Below, one piece after another: positions 22,513 through 36,420 of a stretch of DNA of 64,000 nt. Where the stretch lies: contig OZ281496.1 in the NCBI GenBank assembly GCA_965637545.1, positions 25,668,001 to 25,732,000 on the forward strand. Reading direction: 5' to 3'. Made by a program: the position numbers and the translations under genes. Origin of the DNA: Phallusia mammillata (lineage: Eukaryota). A model generated the notes under the pieces. That model did no database searches. It worked only from the letters and a program-made list of their open reading frames with translations, and was not told the origin of the DNA. Positions within the stretch are counted from its first letter, which is position 1, and each line of letters begins with the position of its first letter.

Positions 22513-24809
22513 ATGCTGTTTCATTGGTTGCAGCTTCTGGTGCTGGTTAGTTACCTGTCGAGCAGTAAAGGTAAGTTACATAAAACTATAGGATATAAGA
22601 CATTTCAAGAATATTCATTTGCGATAAAATACAAACAGTTTTGCCTGTTAAACATTTAGCTTTGGAATGTATGACGTGCGAATGGTCAAAAAGTATTGAT
22701 GAATGTGATGCATCGGGATACCTGTCAGTATGCCGGTCAAATCAGGTAAAATTGCACGTATAAGCCACGGCTACAACATACATATTCCACGTAATGATGA
22801 CAAAAGTGTTTTTTTTTCTGACGAAGAAATCATGTGCAACGACAGTCAGAAGATACAAAGACAGTGTCCTTGTTAGAAAAAACTGCAAAAATCGAGAATC
22901 TTGCAGGAGTAACCAGTTGCAGGTAGCGTAAGGATTGCTCGTACACAATTATTTATACATGATGGTGGCAACGTTTTTTTATTATTATTAGAACTCCAGA
23001 CACTCGGGAAGGTCAACTCAATGCAACTCCGACCAGCCAAACTCAGTTTGTACTTGTTGCTGTAACGGTGACAAATGTAACGTTGGGGGTCTTACATGCA
23101 CAAGAAACTTTCGGGGAATAGAATATGCAGGTTATGTAAATTAATTTACTTTAGGACAGTGATACTGCAGAAACCAGACGCACAGTGTTTTTGCTAACTA
23201 TAATTTTGATGTCCGGTTGTTTCGAGTACCCGTTTCACGCCTTCGTTATTAACGTATCAAGGCATTGGATTTAACCTACTCTATCTACCTTGCAGGCCCA
23301 TGCCCACCTTACCAACTTGTTGATGTTGCAATGGTTATTCATTATTCCGGCGAAAACGCACAAAGACAACTTAAGGCTGCACTGGATTCTGTGTTACACT
23401 TGTAAGTACGTAGCTGTGTGTAGTACGTTTCGGAGAAATTTGTCACAAGAGAACGATAAAATTAAAAGCTCTAAATCGGGCTTGATTAACTGAACTCAAA
23501 CTTTATCAAAGTGGTATCGTGGCGGAAGATGCAGTCAAGTATTCGCTGTTGTACTACAGTGAGGATCCGATCGAATCCAGTCTTATTAAATTCAACGAGT
23601 ACGGAGAAAATAAGACTCGTTTGCTCCAACTAGTGTCTGAACGGGTCAAGATTTCAAACACAGGTCAGTTAAATTCAAAAATTGCAGGCTTTGTCAAAAA
23701 ATATTGTTTATAGAGGGAGGGTCGCAGTGAATGACTGTTAAGGTGACTGTTCACAACTTTCTGCGTAGCAATATATAGCTAGGATGAACCTAAATCCATA
23801 TCTGGGAGCAGCCCTGAAGCGTCCGATTGGCTGATTCGGTATACGTAGACCTGACGTACTGTGACTTACTCTATAGGGGGCATTTAACGATGTTTTGATA
23901 AGCAACCTGTTCAAGTCGCAAGATAAATGGACAATCTGCAATTTTGCACAAACATATAACTTGCTTGGTTGGAAAAAGTACAACTAACCATATTGTTAAC
24001 ACTGTACAACAGGGGACGTAAACACTGGAAAGGCAATAGTTTATGCATTGGAAAACATGCTGACCCCCGAATTCGGTATGAGGGACAACAGAGTGGGAAA
24101 AAGCCTAAGTATATATCTAAACACAAATCCTGATGACGAAGTTAAAGGCCCAGCAGATGAAGCAAGAAAGAAAGGGTTTCAGGTGTGATATAAGTTCGTA
24201 CAATCATGGTCTTAACATCACGACTTAGCTAATTGGGTTCATGGAAGCCCGTTGTAAGCTTAAAATCCCATTTATGTACATAACAGCGCACCTAAGTCAG
24301 GCACGTTTTTATTCTTTTTTTTGCGCTGAAAATGAAAGAGTAAAACACAACGAGTTCAAGAACTTCATTACGGAAATTCGGTCTGCATTGGTCCAGAAAA
24401 TGTAGCAAGAACACAATGATTTTGGATGCAAGTTTTGACAACAAAGCCTAACCAAATTTGTTTCTATTTTCCTTGGCAAAAGCGCCGCCCATTTTACTCT
24501 TTTGTTTCAATGGAATATGGCAACGCGTAAAACAGTATGTTTCCGCCGTATTGCATTTGTCGAAAGAGAGTTTTCCGATTATATTTTGTCGATTCATATT
24601 ATAATGTTTGTCTTTAGGTGTACGTTTTTGGTTTTGAGAACGAAGGATTTAAGTTCGATCGCCGGAAGTTGCTCGACATAGCAGGGGAAGAGAGCCACAT
24701 ATTTACCTACGAAAAGGATTTCTCTAAAATCGATAATGATAAAAGACAACACCTGAAAGACCAGATTTGCTCGAACCCTTGTGATCACGTTTTACACGAC
24801 CATAAATAA
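22513..24809 (+). CDS. LU-like + VWA protein, gene B (332 aa), CCP exon deleted in frame
   Basis: Exons 22513-22570, 22660-22745, 22827-22922, 22992-23130, 23296-23401, 23512-23663, 24013-24182, 24618-24809; 999 nt open. Only a CCP remnant (gatgtccggttgtttcga, 23208-23225) without its acceptor remains. Confidence 0.8.
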
Positions 24810-25077
24810 AAACTTGGCGTTTTACAGCATTTTACACAAGAACAAATCAGTGGACTTTTTTCGCAAAAAATAAATATTTCTAATTTTATTACAAGCAGCT
24901 ACGGTCTTTTGTGGTGCCAAATTACATAAAATAAGTCTTTACGTAGCAGACAAGCCCCGATCAGATTAAGGCCCCCCGCAAAAATGTTGTTAGCCTGTGG
25001 GCGTTTAAACATGAAGAATTAAACAGCACACTTAAACTAGGCCTCTTCGCCTTTAAGACTGGATACAAACGAATGCT

Positions 25078-27806
25078 ATGCAGTTTAGTTGGATAAGTGT
25101 TGCTGCCCTGGTTATCTGCATATCAAATATCAGTGGTAAGTTGAAGATAATTTATTTGTAAAAGTAAATGAAATTTAAAAATAGTTAACTTGCATTTGCT
25201 GCTGTTAGCTTTGCAGTGTATGACGTGCGGGTGGTCGCAAAGTATTGATGAATGCGATGCATCAGGACATCTAAAAGAATGTATGTCAAACCAGGTACAT
25301 TTTCCCGTCAACCACGTTTTTGCAATGCATATTCTATGTGTGATCACTTTTTGTGGTATCTTATTGAAAAGGATTCATGCGAAACAACAGTAAGAAGAAA
25401 CGGAGATAATGTTCTCGTTAGTAAAGCCTGTAAAGACCGAATAGCCTGCAGAAGCAACCAACTACAGGTAACTTAGAAGCTATCAAACATTAACCACTTT
25501 GTGAATTTAACCCTTTATGTGCATTTTTGCTTTAGAACGCCAGATACGCAGGAATGTCAACTCAATGCAACTCAGATCAGCCCAATTCAGTCTGTACTTG
25601 CTGCTGTAATAAGGATATGTGTAATGTAGGAACTCTTTCTTGTGTTGGAAAAAACCAAGTAGCCGAATACGCAGGTTAAACATTCATTGCCTAATTAATG
25701 TATGTTATGCAATAGTGGTCAGTTCCGCTTATGTATATTTTTTACTTAGCACAAGATTGTCCGGTTGTTTCGACCAGTTTGCCTCACGGCAAAATAGATT
25801 GCAACAAAGATAACAGATCCGGGTCTGTATGTGAATATCAATGCACAGGGAAGGATTACTCGTTGTGGCCAAAGGAACGTGAAAACAACATTTGTTTAGG
25901 CAATGGATCGTGGGCTCACAAAAAACCTTGTTGTGCACGTTAGTTTCCAGACATTGTAACAGTGCTTTATACGTAAAAAATCAATAATATTTGTTTGTTT
26001 AATACATTTAAACGTCTGTTGCTCGGTTTATTACAGGCCCGTGTCCACCTTACTACCTTGTTGATATTGCGATGCTTATTCATTTTACTGGAGAAAATGC
26101 AGAACATCTCCTTAAGACCACACTGGAAGACACAGCAACCTTGTTAGTACAACGGTCAAAATCTGGACCATACACTCGTTTAGGGAACTAAGGAATAATA
26201 GGCGATACACTTCGCAGACAGTTTGGTAACATTTGTTTTTTTCCAGCGCCGTGATAGCCGAAGACGGAGTCAAAATCTCAACTTTGTATCACAACGAGAA
26301 CCCTGTCGAATCGAGTCTCATAAAGTTCAATGAATACGGCGAAAATGCAACACTTCTACTAGAACTTATGCTCGAACGGATCAAGATATCCAATAAAGGT
26401 GGGTAGAAGACAGTTTCACCTAAAACAAGCGATTTGAGAACGCTTCGGAAACCGGCTTGATTTGGTATGATTAATAAATGAATATGCCATGATCGCTGGT
26501 CTGCATGATCGCTTTAGGGCTGATTTCAGTATGAATGTATAGCTTACACTAGTGGCTACTGTGTTTATTGAGTTGTCAAATAAATATCGGAATAGGTTTT
26601 AAATTCTTTACATTCAACGGTGGTGTCGAAGGTGGAAATAAGATCCAATCAAAATTCTTAAAGTCTATTGCTGTGACGCCAAATCGGTTGGTTTGAAACA
26701 ACAACCTTCGACGAACAACAATATTGTTATCAAAATAATCTTAACAACAATTCAGCCTCATTCAATATGAGTGACTTACTTAATCAAATAACTGATGACA
26801 CCTCCAAAATTGTAAGCATTTTTGTGTGTCCTTTCTTCCGGCACTTGAAACTCTCTTTGGTTTCTTTTCCTGTCGAACCCCACCCTCCTTCCCTAACACG
26901 GGTGGTTGGTTTATAGGCCCCCCTCGACTGGTCCCACCAACGTTACACAGCTCCCCCCGGCTTGGTGATTGTTCTAGTGCTATTGTGTCGCTGTTCACCA
27001 AGCGAAATAAACTCATCTCATCCCAACAACAGGACCGGTCAACACTGGGAAGGCAATGCGGTATGCCTTAGACAACATGCTCATCCCCGAAGCGGGAATG
27101 AGGGACAGCAGAGTCGAAGGAGGTTTGGACATTTACATAAACACAAATCCCGATGACGACGTCAAAGGCCCAGCAGATGAGGCAAGAAGGAGGGGCATCC
27201 AGGTGTGATATCTATATACAGTTACATTTATGTGTAAACTGTCTCCAAACTTGTACAGAAAACAACTGATTGGTTCAAGTAGACCCCTGTTGCTTTCTGT
27301 GTAACAGATTCTCTTATTTATGTCAATATGTGCAAAGCAATAGGAACGTTGTAACATTAGTTAAAAGGTTTGATGATAATACGTGCCGTTAGTTCAATTT
27401 TACCAGAGGTTTTCAACTGGTGGCAAATTTACAGTTTGAAAAATGATTGGTTTGGCGCGATTAGCGAGTTATGGAAATTATCATCTTTCAAAAGCTGCAA
27501 AACGGTAATGTATAGAAAAAAAGTTCTGACAGAAACAGCAAGACGTTTTGATCTACCTTTTTTGTTTGCATTGCTAACGGATCTGAAAAAAAACTTATCT
27601 AACCATTTTTTTAGGTGTACGTGTTCGGTTTTGAGATAGGCGATTTTAAATTCGACCGTAAGAAGTTGCTCGATATAGCTGGGAAAGAGGAACATATCTT
27701 CGTTTTCGACACGGATCTTATAAACCTCAGTGAACAAGACATAGAAGAGCTGAGCGGACATTTTTGTCAAAACCCTTGTGATCACGTGTTGCATGATCAT
27801 GAATAA
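25078..27806 (+). CDS. LU-like + CCP + VWA protein, gene C (395 aa)
   Basis: Exons 25078-25135, 25209-25294, 25372-25467, 25536-25674, 25750-25938, 26037-26142, 26247-26398, 27033-27202, 27615-27806; 1188 nt open. Confidence 0.85.
26750..27024. mobile_element. 275-bp insertion with 7-bp TSD (AACAACA) at the exon-8 acceptor of gene C
   Basis: AACAACA at 26743-26749 and 27025-27031. Paralogs D and F have the empty site ttaacaacag|GACCGG. The internal motif taacacgggtggtt also occurs near 20048 in gene A intron 5. Confidence 0.65.
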
Positions 27807-28488
27807 ACCACACAACATTGAACTTTCAACTTACCTACAATAATTTCCTATCACTGAGATTATTTCGAAAGTTTATCACGGATAATTGTCGTTTACTGGC
27901 ATTCTGTTGAATATTCATACAGACATCATGTATAAAAAGGCATCCAACATAAAATTTATTGTAATATACAAATGCTATTTTGTTGTGACCGTGCGTAATT
28001 ATTCCAACATGTCCCCAAAGTACGTCACATTGGCTGGTGATTGAGTTTTGTTAAAGTATCACATTATTCTGTGTTGGTGCTTGAATGAGTGTACAGTTTT
28101 AGTAAAAACTTAAACGAGTTCCAAGATGCCTTAAAGCGTCACGACCATTGAGTTAGTAACACATTAGTGCATTATTGGCAAAATCCAGTTTATGGCAGTT
28201 TGTTTGCTTTCTGTCATTAAGCTCCAGTGTAGCTGTTGAGGTACTTCGTGCATAGCTAGTCGCAAACGAGACCTAAATTTTAATAGATGACCTCAGACGT
28301 AAATTGTAAACAACAACAATATACTACACAGCGATTGGGCTTATAAAGACGAGGTGCAGCAGCCACGTAATTTCTTATTTGCTCTGAAGAAAAAAAAAAT
28401 TAACAGGTGTCGAGAGCAGGACGTTGAAGTACTTGCGGGCAAGTTAAACTTATTTACATTACGATCTTCGCAAAGTCGCATAGGGTTA

Positions 28489-28510
28489 TGACGTCACGTG
28501 CTGTATAAAA
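28489..28510 (+). promoter_or_regulatory. CRE (TGACGTCA) / E-box (CACGTG) / TATA cluster upstream of gene D
   Basis: tgacgtcacgtgctgtataaaa about 80-100 bp before the ATG at 28588. Gene E has taacgtcacatgttgtataaaag at 33148-33170. Confidence 0.5.
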
Positions 28511-28587
28511 CACTCCGTTGCACCATATGCGTGGCAGAAAATGCTTGTCATCATTAAGGTAATATTAGCTCTTCCTGGCCAGCGGCT

Positions 28588-31500
28588 ATGCAGATTGTTT
28601 GGCAATTTCTCGTGTTGTTGATAACCTACCTGTCCTTTGTTCAAGGTAAGCAGTCTAAATTTTCACATTTAAATTCAGTAAGATCCAAAATGTTTAACAT
28701 TTAAGTATTTTGTCAGCTTTAAAGTGTATGACATGCGAGTGGTCGCGAAGTTTAGATGAGTGCGATGCGTCGGGTACTCTGTCAGAATGCATGCCAAATC
28801 AGGTAAGATTGCACGTTTGGTTGTTCTATTCATTTACAAATGCTGATTATGTCCATGGAGAATGATAAAATCATGTTTTATACAAAAGGAATCATCGTTC
28901 GTGTTTATGAAATTTTCCCGTCTGTTATGTTTATGAGATATATATTTTATGTGTGACTTTTGTTATATTTTATGACAAAGAGATCATGTGAAACAACAGT
29001 AAGAAGAAACGGAGATGATGTTTTTGTCAGTAAAAACTGCAAAGACCGAATAGCCTGCAGAAGCAACCAACTACAGGTAACTATAGGAAGCTATCAATTT
29101 AAAAAACATTAAAAACACCTTAACCCTATGTGAAATTTTACCCTTTTCGTAAACGTTTGCTTTAGAACTCCAGATACGCAGGAAGATCAACTCAATGCAA
29201 CTCAGATCAGCCCAATTCAGTCTGTACTTGCTGCTGTAATAAGGATATGTGTAATGTAGGAACTCTTTCTTGTGTTGGAAAATACCAAGTAGCCGAATAT
29301 GCAGGTTTAACGTACTTTGCTTAATTAATGTATGTTATGCAATAGTGGTCAGTTTCGCTCATGTATCTTTTTAACTTAGAACAAGATTGTCCGGTGGTTT
29401 CGACCAGTTTGCCTCACGGCAAAATAGATTGCAACAAAGATAACAGATCCGGGTCCGTATGTCAATATCAATGCACAGGGAAGGATTACTCGCTGTGGCC
29501 AAAGCAACGTGAAAACAACATTTGTTTAGGTAATGGATCGTGGGCTCACAAAAAGCCTTGTTGTGCACGTAAGTTTTCAGACGTTTTACGGAAAAATACA
29601 GCTTGTTTTTTAATACTTTTCAACCCTATGTTGCCCGTTTTATCGCAGGCCCATGTCCACCTTACTATCTTGTTGATATTGCGATGGTTATTCATTTTAC
29701 TGGAGAAAATGCAGAGCACCTCCTAAAGACTACACTGGAAGACGCAACAACCTTGTTAGTTCTAAACCGTCAAAATCCGCACCCAATACTTTTTGTTTAG
29801 GGAACTAAGGAATAAAAGGTGATATACTTTGCAGAAAGTTTGGTATTATTTGATTTTTTTTCAGCGCTGTCACAGCTAAAGACGCAGTCAAAACCTCAGC
29901 TATGTACTACAACGAGAACCCTGTCGAATCCAGTCTTGTCAAATTCAATGAATACGGCGAAAATGCAACACTTTTACTGGAACTTATGCTTCAACGGATC
30001 AATATATCTAATAAAGGTGGGATGAGGACAATTTTAATTTGGTTTAACGTCCTCAATAGGCCTGGCGTACTATGATTTATAGATAAAAATGACGTGATAG
30101 CTAGTCTGCAAGGAGGATTCAGTGCTGATTTCGGTATCAATGTATAGCTTACACTTGTGGCAACTCTGCTTATTGAGTTGTTAACTAGCTGTCGGAATAA
30201 GCTTCAAATTCTTTACAATTTGCCGGTTGTGTGGAGGGTGGAAATAGAGTCCAATAAAAGTCTTTAAGTCCCTTGGTATCTTGCCAAATCCGTGAAGACG
30301 GTTAGTAATAACAACCCTCGACGAACAACAATACTATTATGAATACAATTTTAACAACAGGACCGGTCAACACTGGAAGGGCAATGTGGTATGGCTTGGA
30401 CAACATGCTCACCCCCGAAGCAGGTATGAGAGACAGCAGGGTCGGAAAAAGCTTGGCCCTTTACATTAACACAAATCCCGATGACGACGTCAAAGGCCCA
30501 GCGGATGAGGCAAGAAGGCGGGGTTTTCAGGTGTGGTATTGTGTGACATAACGTTTGTGTGCGAACTGTCTCAATACTTGTACAGAAAAGATTTTTAACT
30601 GGAATTTACTGTTTCAATATGAAAAGTGGTTGGTTAAGCGCAATTACACTCTAAAAAAACTTCATTCATTTTTGTGAATCTTTTGAAAGATACAAGTCTT
30701 TTTCAATCTTTCACGGCGTCGTTGTGTGAAGTTTTTATTCACAGTACCAAAATTGCGAGAAAAAAGTTTTTTATTGGGTGCGATAATCCCTTTTTTCCTA
30801 CTATGAATTTGCGCGCCAATCGTAGAGAAATGAGAAGGCGCTCCGATTGGCCAGTTCGTTGGTGAGGTCATAATTGAATTATGGCTAACAATGCATTCCA
30901 TCCTCACGAACTCCCCTCGCTCAAAAGTTGCCCAGCATGCCTTAGTATCTGGCAGCCATTATATCGCGAAAAGTGCGCGAATATGCTGCTAAACGGTTTT
31001 CGGAATTGAAATAGGCTATTGCTGCCAGGCATAAAGTTTAACCGAGTATTGCTCCTCCAGCAGTTTTATTGTAAAAAAACGTCGATTATTTGTAGTCGGT
31101 AACATGAGAATGGTTACATCTAAGTGGATGCGATATAAAGATAATGAAAGAAAAGGAAATTTGCTCACTGGATATCAAGGGATTGTTATTCAAACGAAAA
31201 GAGCCCAATTGACATGGCAATTGAAGAAGAGATGAAAAGTAAGATACTTTTTATTTTGTTTAGGTTTTGGCACTGGTGTTCTGTGTTTATTGATAATAAA
31301 TGTCTAACATTATTTCTACCTGTTTTAAACGTTGATTTAGCAATGATGGAAAAGGGTTATGAAAACATCTACAAAATAAGCACTGCGATAAACTTTAGCA
31401 TAAAATGTTGATTTGTACATTGTTATAACAATATGTGTTGTGGGTTTGTGACAGACTATTGTTTGAAATAAGGGAGCATTTAGCACTAACCAACTGCTAA

Positions 31501-32454
31501 TATTTTGCTTTTACAGAGAATCTATCAGCATTATACCTGTTCAAATGCCATCCCTAAACATGAAACGACAAGATGATACTTTTCTGCGATTTGTTTTGGT
31601 ATCGTTGGGTCAAAGGTTTAACCTGACGAGTTCTTTCTTAATTTGGAATCGCCAGTGACATTTGGCCAGAAGGGTCAGACTTGTTGTGTGCATTTGAAAA
31701 AATGTTTGCTTCCTTTTGAAGTGCACCTGTTTCAAGTTTTATCTCAATGTGCTGTGATCACTGCCTCTCTGATGTGTCAGTGTACACGTGGTGTGATTTA
31801 TGCATTTCGTTTCACAATAAAAAGACACCACTGAAGATTTCAGTATTTAAAAGATTTTTCATGTGAGGTTTCAACTATTCTAATCATTCAAAAATCTCAA
31901 TTAAACAAATCATTCAAAAAAAGATTAAAAACTGCCGAATTCAATCTTTCCATTCATTTGAAAAAATGAATCAAGTGAATTACTCAAATCGGTTCAATCT
32001 TTGAAAGGTTGGCAGGAAATTTCATTCAAACTTCATTCATTTTTTTTTAGAGTGTAGCGAGTTATGTAAAATATCATCTTTATAATGCTGCGAAACGGTA
32101 AACTATAGCATAAAATTACAACCATAGAGTCGATAAATGATAAGCTACAAGCTTATAGCAAAAAAAGTTATGACAGTAACAGCAAGACGTTTTGATTTCC
32201 CTTTAATTTGCATTGCTAACGTATCTGAAATAATCCTTTTCCACCGTTTTGTTTTTCTTAAGGTGTACGTGTTCGGTTTTGAGATGGGTGACTTTAAATT
32301 CGACCGTGAGAAGTTGCTCGATATAGCTGGGGAAGAGAGTCATATCTTCGTTTACGACACAGATTTTTTTAACATCAGTGAAGGAGACATAGAAGAGCTA
32401 AACAGACATTTTTGTCAAAACCCTTGTGATCATGTGTTGCATGATCATGAATAA
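28588..32454 (+). CDS. LU-like + CCP + VWA protein, gene D (395 aa), chimera of E-type 5' and C-type 3' parts
   Basis: Exons 28588-28645, 28717-28802, 28981-29076, 29166-29304, 29380-29568, 29649-29754, 29865-30016, 30361-30530, 32263-32454; 1188 nt open. Confidence 0.85.
30647..32054. mobile_element. 1408-bp non-autonomous DNA transposon (CACT-ended, CMC/EnSpm-like) in gene D intron 8
   Basis: TIR CACTCTAAAAAAA...TTTTTTTAGAGTG, TA duplicated at 30645-46 and 32055-56, subterminal TTCATTCA repeats. Empty site in gene C (gcgattagcgagttatg, ~27467). No transposase ORF seen. Superfamily is an inference. Confidence 0.8.
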
Positions 32455-33251
32455 AACTGCACATCTTTGAACTTTGAACTTAACTAAAACAAGTTTCCAA
32501 TCACTGGGATTATTTCAAAAGTTTGTTACAGATAATTGTTTCTTTTTTAAGTTAGACATGGAGAAGCAACACCCATTTCACATATTTTTTGTAAATTAGA
32601 GACTAAAAAATGAAATGTTGTTGAGATTCTGTGTATATTTCTAAACATTACGCCACAATGACTGCTGATCAGTTTTTGTCAAAATATCGCATTTTTGTGT
32701 TGGTGCTTAAATGGGTGTATACACAGTATTGTATACAGTATTAGTAAAAAAGAAATAAATTTCAAGATGCCATAACGTCTTCGCGTCACAACATTTGTGG
32801 CACACTTGTGCATGTTTTGCAAAATGCCTCTCTGGACATTTTGGTTGGTTTGCTTTCCGACTTTGTAAGTTTACTTAAGTGTTGAACTTCTTTATGTACG
32901 GCCAGTGGCAAACAGTACGAACACTTCAATAGATGGTGTCAGACGTAGGCTATATTATAAACAACAGCGCAATCTTCAATACACTACGTAGCAATGGGAC
33001 TTAAAAAGATGAAACTCGCAAGCAAAATTTAAACAGGCGTCGAGAACAGGGGGTCTAAGTACTTGCGGACAGGTTCAGATTTTGACCGTTTCGTACTAAC
33101 GTCAAGTTCTTCTTAAGAGATAAAAGAAAGAAAGTCGTAATAGGTTATAACGTCACATGTTGTATAAAAGCGTGTGTCGCGCCACATCTGCGGCAGACAA
33201 CGCTCGTTATCATTAAGGTAATTCTACCTCTTTGAACATAATTTGATGGCT

Positions 33252-35353
33252 ATGCAGATTGTTTGGCGATTTCTCGTGTTGTTGGTAAGCTACCTGTCCT
33301 TTGTTCAAGGTAAGCAGTCCAAATTTCATGTTTAAATACAGTAATACACAAAATGTTTTACGTTTTCGTCTTTTGTCAGCTTTAAAGTGTATGACATGCG
33401 AGTGGTCGCGAAGTTTAGATGAGTGCGATGCGTCGGGTACACTGTCAGAATGCATGCCAAATCAGGTAAGATAGCGCGTTTGGTTATAGATATTCAAGCA
33501 GAGTGATAAAAAATGTTGTTTTATTGAAAAGGAATCGTGTGCAACAACAGTAAGACGGTACGGCAATTATGTCCTTGTTAAGAAAAAGTGTAAAAGCAAA
33601 GGAGCTTGCAAAAGCAACCAATTACAGGTAAACAAAAGTTTGGTGGAAGTTTTACTCTCCCATCGTGTAAGTCATTTTTGTGTTTGGTTTAGAACACTAG
33701 ATATTCCGGTGAATCAACTCAATGCAACTCCGATAAGCTTAGTTCAGTTTGTACGTGTTGCTGCAAAAATGACAAGTGCAATGTCGGAGGTCTGACATGC
33801 AGCAGAAATTATCCGACATTCCAAAATACAGGTAAGAAAACTAATGGTATTTTTCAGTAAATAATAGCAAACTTCTGTAGCAATTTAAACACTTCAAATA
33901 ATTTGGTTTGCGTTTTTCATGAGAACAAGATTGTCCGGCTGTTTCGACAAGTCTGCCTCACGGCATAATAGAGTGCAACAAAGATAACAGATCAGGGTCT
34001 GTATGTGAATATCAATGTACAGAGAAAGATTACTCACTTTGGCCGAAGGCAACTCAAAGCAACATTTGTTTAGGCAACGGATCGTGGAGTAATGAAAAAC
34101 CGTGTTGCGCACGTAAGCTTTAATTACAAATTTTTATACTTTATCTGATAACTATTGGTACCCATTTTATTGGCATTGCAGGTCCATGTCCACCTTATTA
34201 CCTGGTCGACACTGCTATGGTTGTTCATTTTACTGGAAAAAACGCTGAAAATTTGCTTTACACAACACTTACGGACGGAGCAATTTTGTAAGCTTATAAC
34301 TTTCATTTTGAATTTGTCAAAACTCATTTTTTCATTTTATCCGCAGTGGCGTAGTAGCAGATGACGCAGTTAAAATCTCAACATTGTACTACAATGAGAA
34401 CCCTGTCGAGTCGAGTCTCATAAAATTCAATGAATACGGCGAAAATGCGACCCTTTTGCTGGAACTCATGCTTCGACGGATCAAGATATCCAATAAAGGT
34501 AACTAAATAAATAAGAGCGACTTTAGTAGAAAATCGTTTGCTAGTTGATAAGCAGATAAGCGACTGCTAATCAAAAGCATTTGATCTGCAGGACCGGTTA
34601 ACACTGGAAAGGCAATGCGCTATGCATTAGACCACATGCTGACCCCTGAAGCAGGTATGAGAGACAGCAGAGTGCCAAGAAGTTTGGACGTTTATTTAAA
34701 CACGAATCCTGACGATGATGTCAAAGGTCCAGCAGATGAAGCAAGAAGAAGGGGATTTTTGGTACAAGTTTGATTAAAAAGCTTAACTTTCTGTTTGTCC
34801 ACAGAGAACAATAGATTAAGTCAAAATAAGGTGCATCATTCATGGTTCTAAATTTTTTTTTTTTAGCAAAAAGATATATTTTACCTAACGATGACGATAA
34901 AAACTGACAAAAGGTTCTAATGTTTTATACTCAGATATAGGCTTGTATCTTCTTGTTGGTAGTTGAACTATGTTATGTATACTTGTTGCTTACCAAAAGC
35001 TTTTTCTGCTTGATGCAATAGTAAAACTTGTTCTGTTCAATGCTCGAAGTTTGGCAACAATTATAACTCTTTTAACGTCCTATTCAAGGACCTATTGCAT
35101 TTGTCTGCACAAAAATTCCTGGGGATTATTTTGTTGATTGAATTATAAAATTTGTCTTTAGGTCTACGTTTTCGGCTTTGAGTACGACGGATTTAAGTTC
35201 GACCGCCAGATGTTGCTCGACATAGCAGGGGAGGAGGGCCACATATTTGTCTACGGAAACGATTTCTCCGAAATCACTGAAGCTCAAATGCAAGACCTGA
35301 ATGACCATTTCTGCTCGAACCCTTGTGATCACGTTTTGCATGAACATGAATAA
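33252..35353 (+). CDS. LU-like + CCP + VWA protein, gene E (395 aa)
   Basis: Exons 33252-33309, 33380-33465, 33532-33627, 33693-33831, 33924-34112, 34182-34287, 34347-34498, 34592-34761, 35162-35353; 1188 nt open. Confidence 0.85.
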
Positions 35354-35509
35354 AATCAGTTTATTGAATTGTTAGTTAATTGTCAAAAACATTCTTTAAA
35401 ATATAATTTATTATTACAATAAGTAATGTTGCTAAGAAACGATCCATTAATAACGCTGTAAAACCTTTTTCTTTTGAATTGCATATGTTTGCCGTGATAA
35501 CATTTTAGG

Positions 35510-35589
35510 TTGATTTGAAAGCCCACCGGTCCGCAATATTTGTTTTAGAAGTTTACCGGTCCGCAAACTTATAAGGTTGAGAACCACTG
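35510..35589. mobile_element. Truncated hAT-type MITE end
   Basis: Ends in aaggttgagaaccactg, the same TIR family as 52154-52368, with two accggtccgcaa repeats. The other end was not found. Confidence 0.4.
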
Positions 35590-36120
35590 TTCTAAAGTAT
35601 CGTGTATATCATACAGCATATTGAGTTTTCTAAGGGATTGATAAATTACTCAGTTTCATTTATATTTCTTTACAGTTTTGCTGCAATACATACAGTCAAC
35701 TATTATGTTGAAAATATACGCAATGCAAACGTAACGCAAGTGGAATATATTAATGTTTCTTTTAGATTTACATGTATCATTCGTTTTAAGTAGGATTTAT
35801 AGATGAAAACGAATGAAACTGCCATAAACGCAATGATTTTGCCACAAAAGCTAGGCATTTACGCACTTTGCAAAAAGTTAGAAAAACAAATATTTTGCAG
35901 AAAAACGCCAGAATGCCGTAACAGTGAACTGAAAATCGCCGATGTATCTCAAGTAATAAATTTAGGATGTGTAGCAATTTATGAGTTAGCTTGCACCACA
36001 GCATTGCAATTTGCATGAGAAAAATTCTGCAATTAAAACAGCCAATGCTACTTGTGTCGGATTATCCCATGTAAGTATTTAAGCATGTACAACGTTGCGA
36101 TTTGTCTCGCAAATTATCAT

Positions 36121-36291
36121 TTAGGTTTGGAAGTAGTTTGTATTTGGTTTGATCGAATTCAGATCAAAGTCAATTTTCTCCAAATAGATACCTTGCCTCC
36201 AACCAAAATAACCGAATGATTTGAGCTGGTAAACAGAACGTGATAAATACGAAGCCAACAACCAATTACGAAAACCACATAATTGGCTATT
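36121..36291 (-). other. Cryptic antisense coding-like exon of unknown identity, upstream of gene F
   Basis: NSQLCGFRNWLLASYLSRSVYQLKSFGYFGWRQGIYLEKIDFDLNSIKPNTNYFQT*. The paralog at 42369-42539 keeps frame and stop; by my count 17 of 31 differences are at third codon positions. Confidence 0.4.
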
Positions 36292-36420
36292 TGTTTTTCG
36301 CACTGTATGTTCAGAAGTTTCGACTTTCTTTTCTCGGCAATTAAAAGGCAAGGCAAGCGACCTAATGCCGCATAGTTGACATCTAATTGTAACGTCCAGG
36401 CCATTATATGTGCTGATAAC

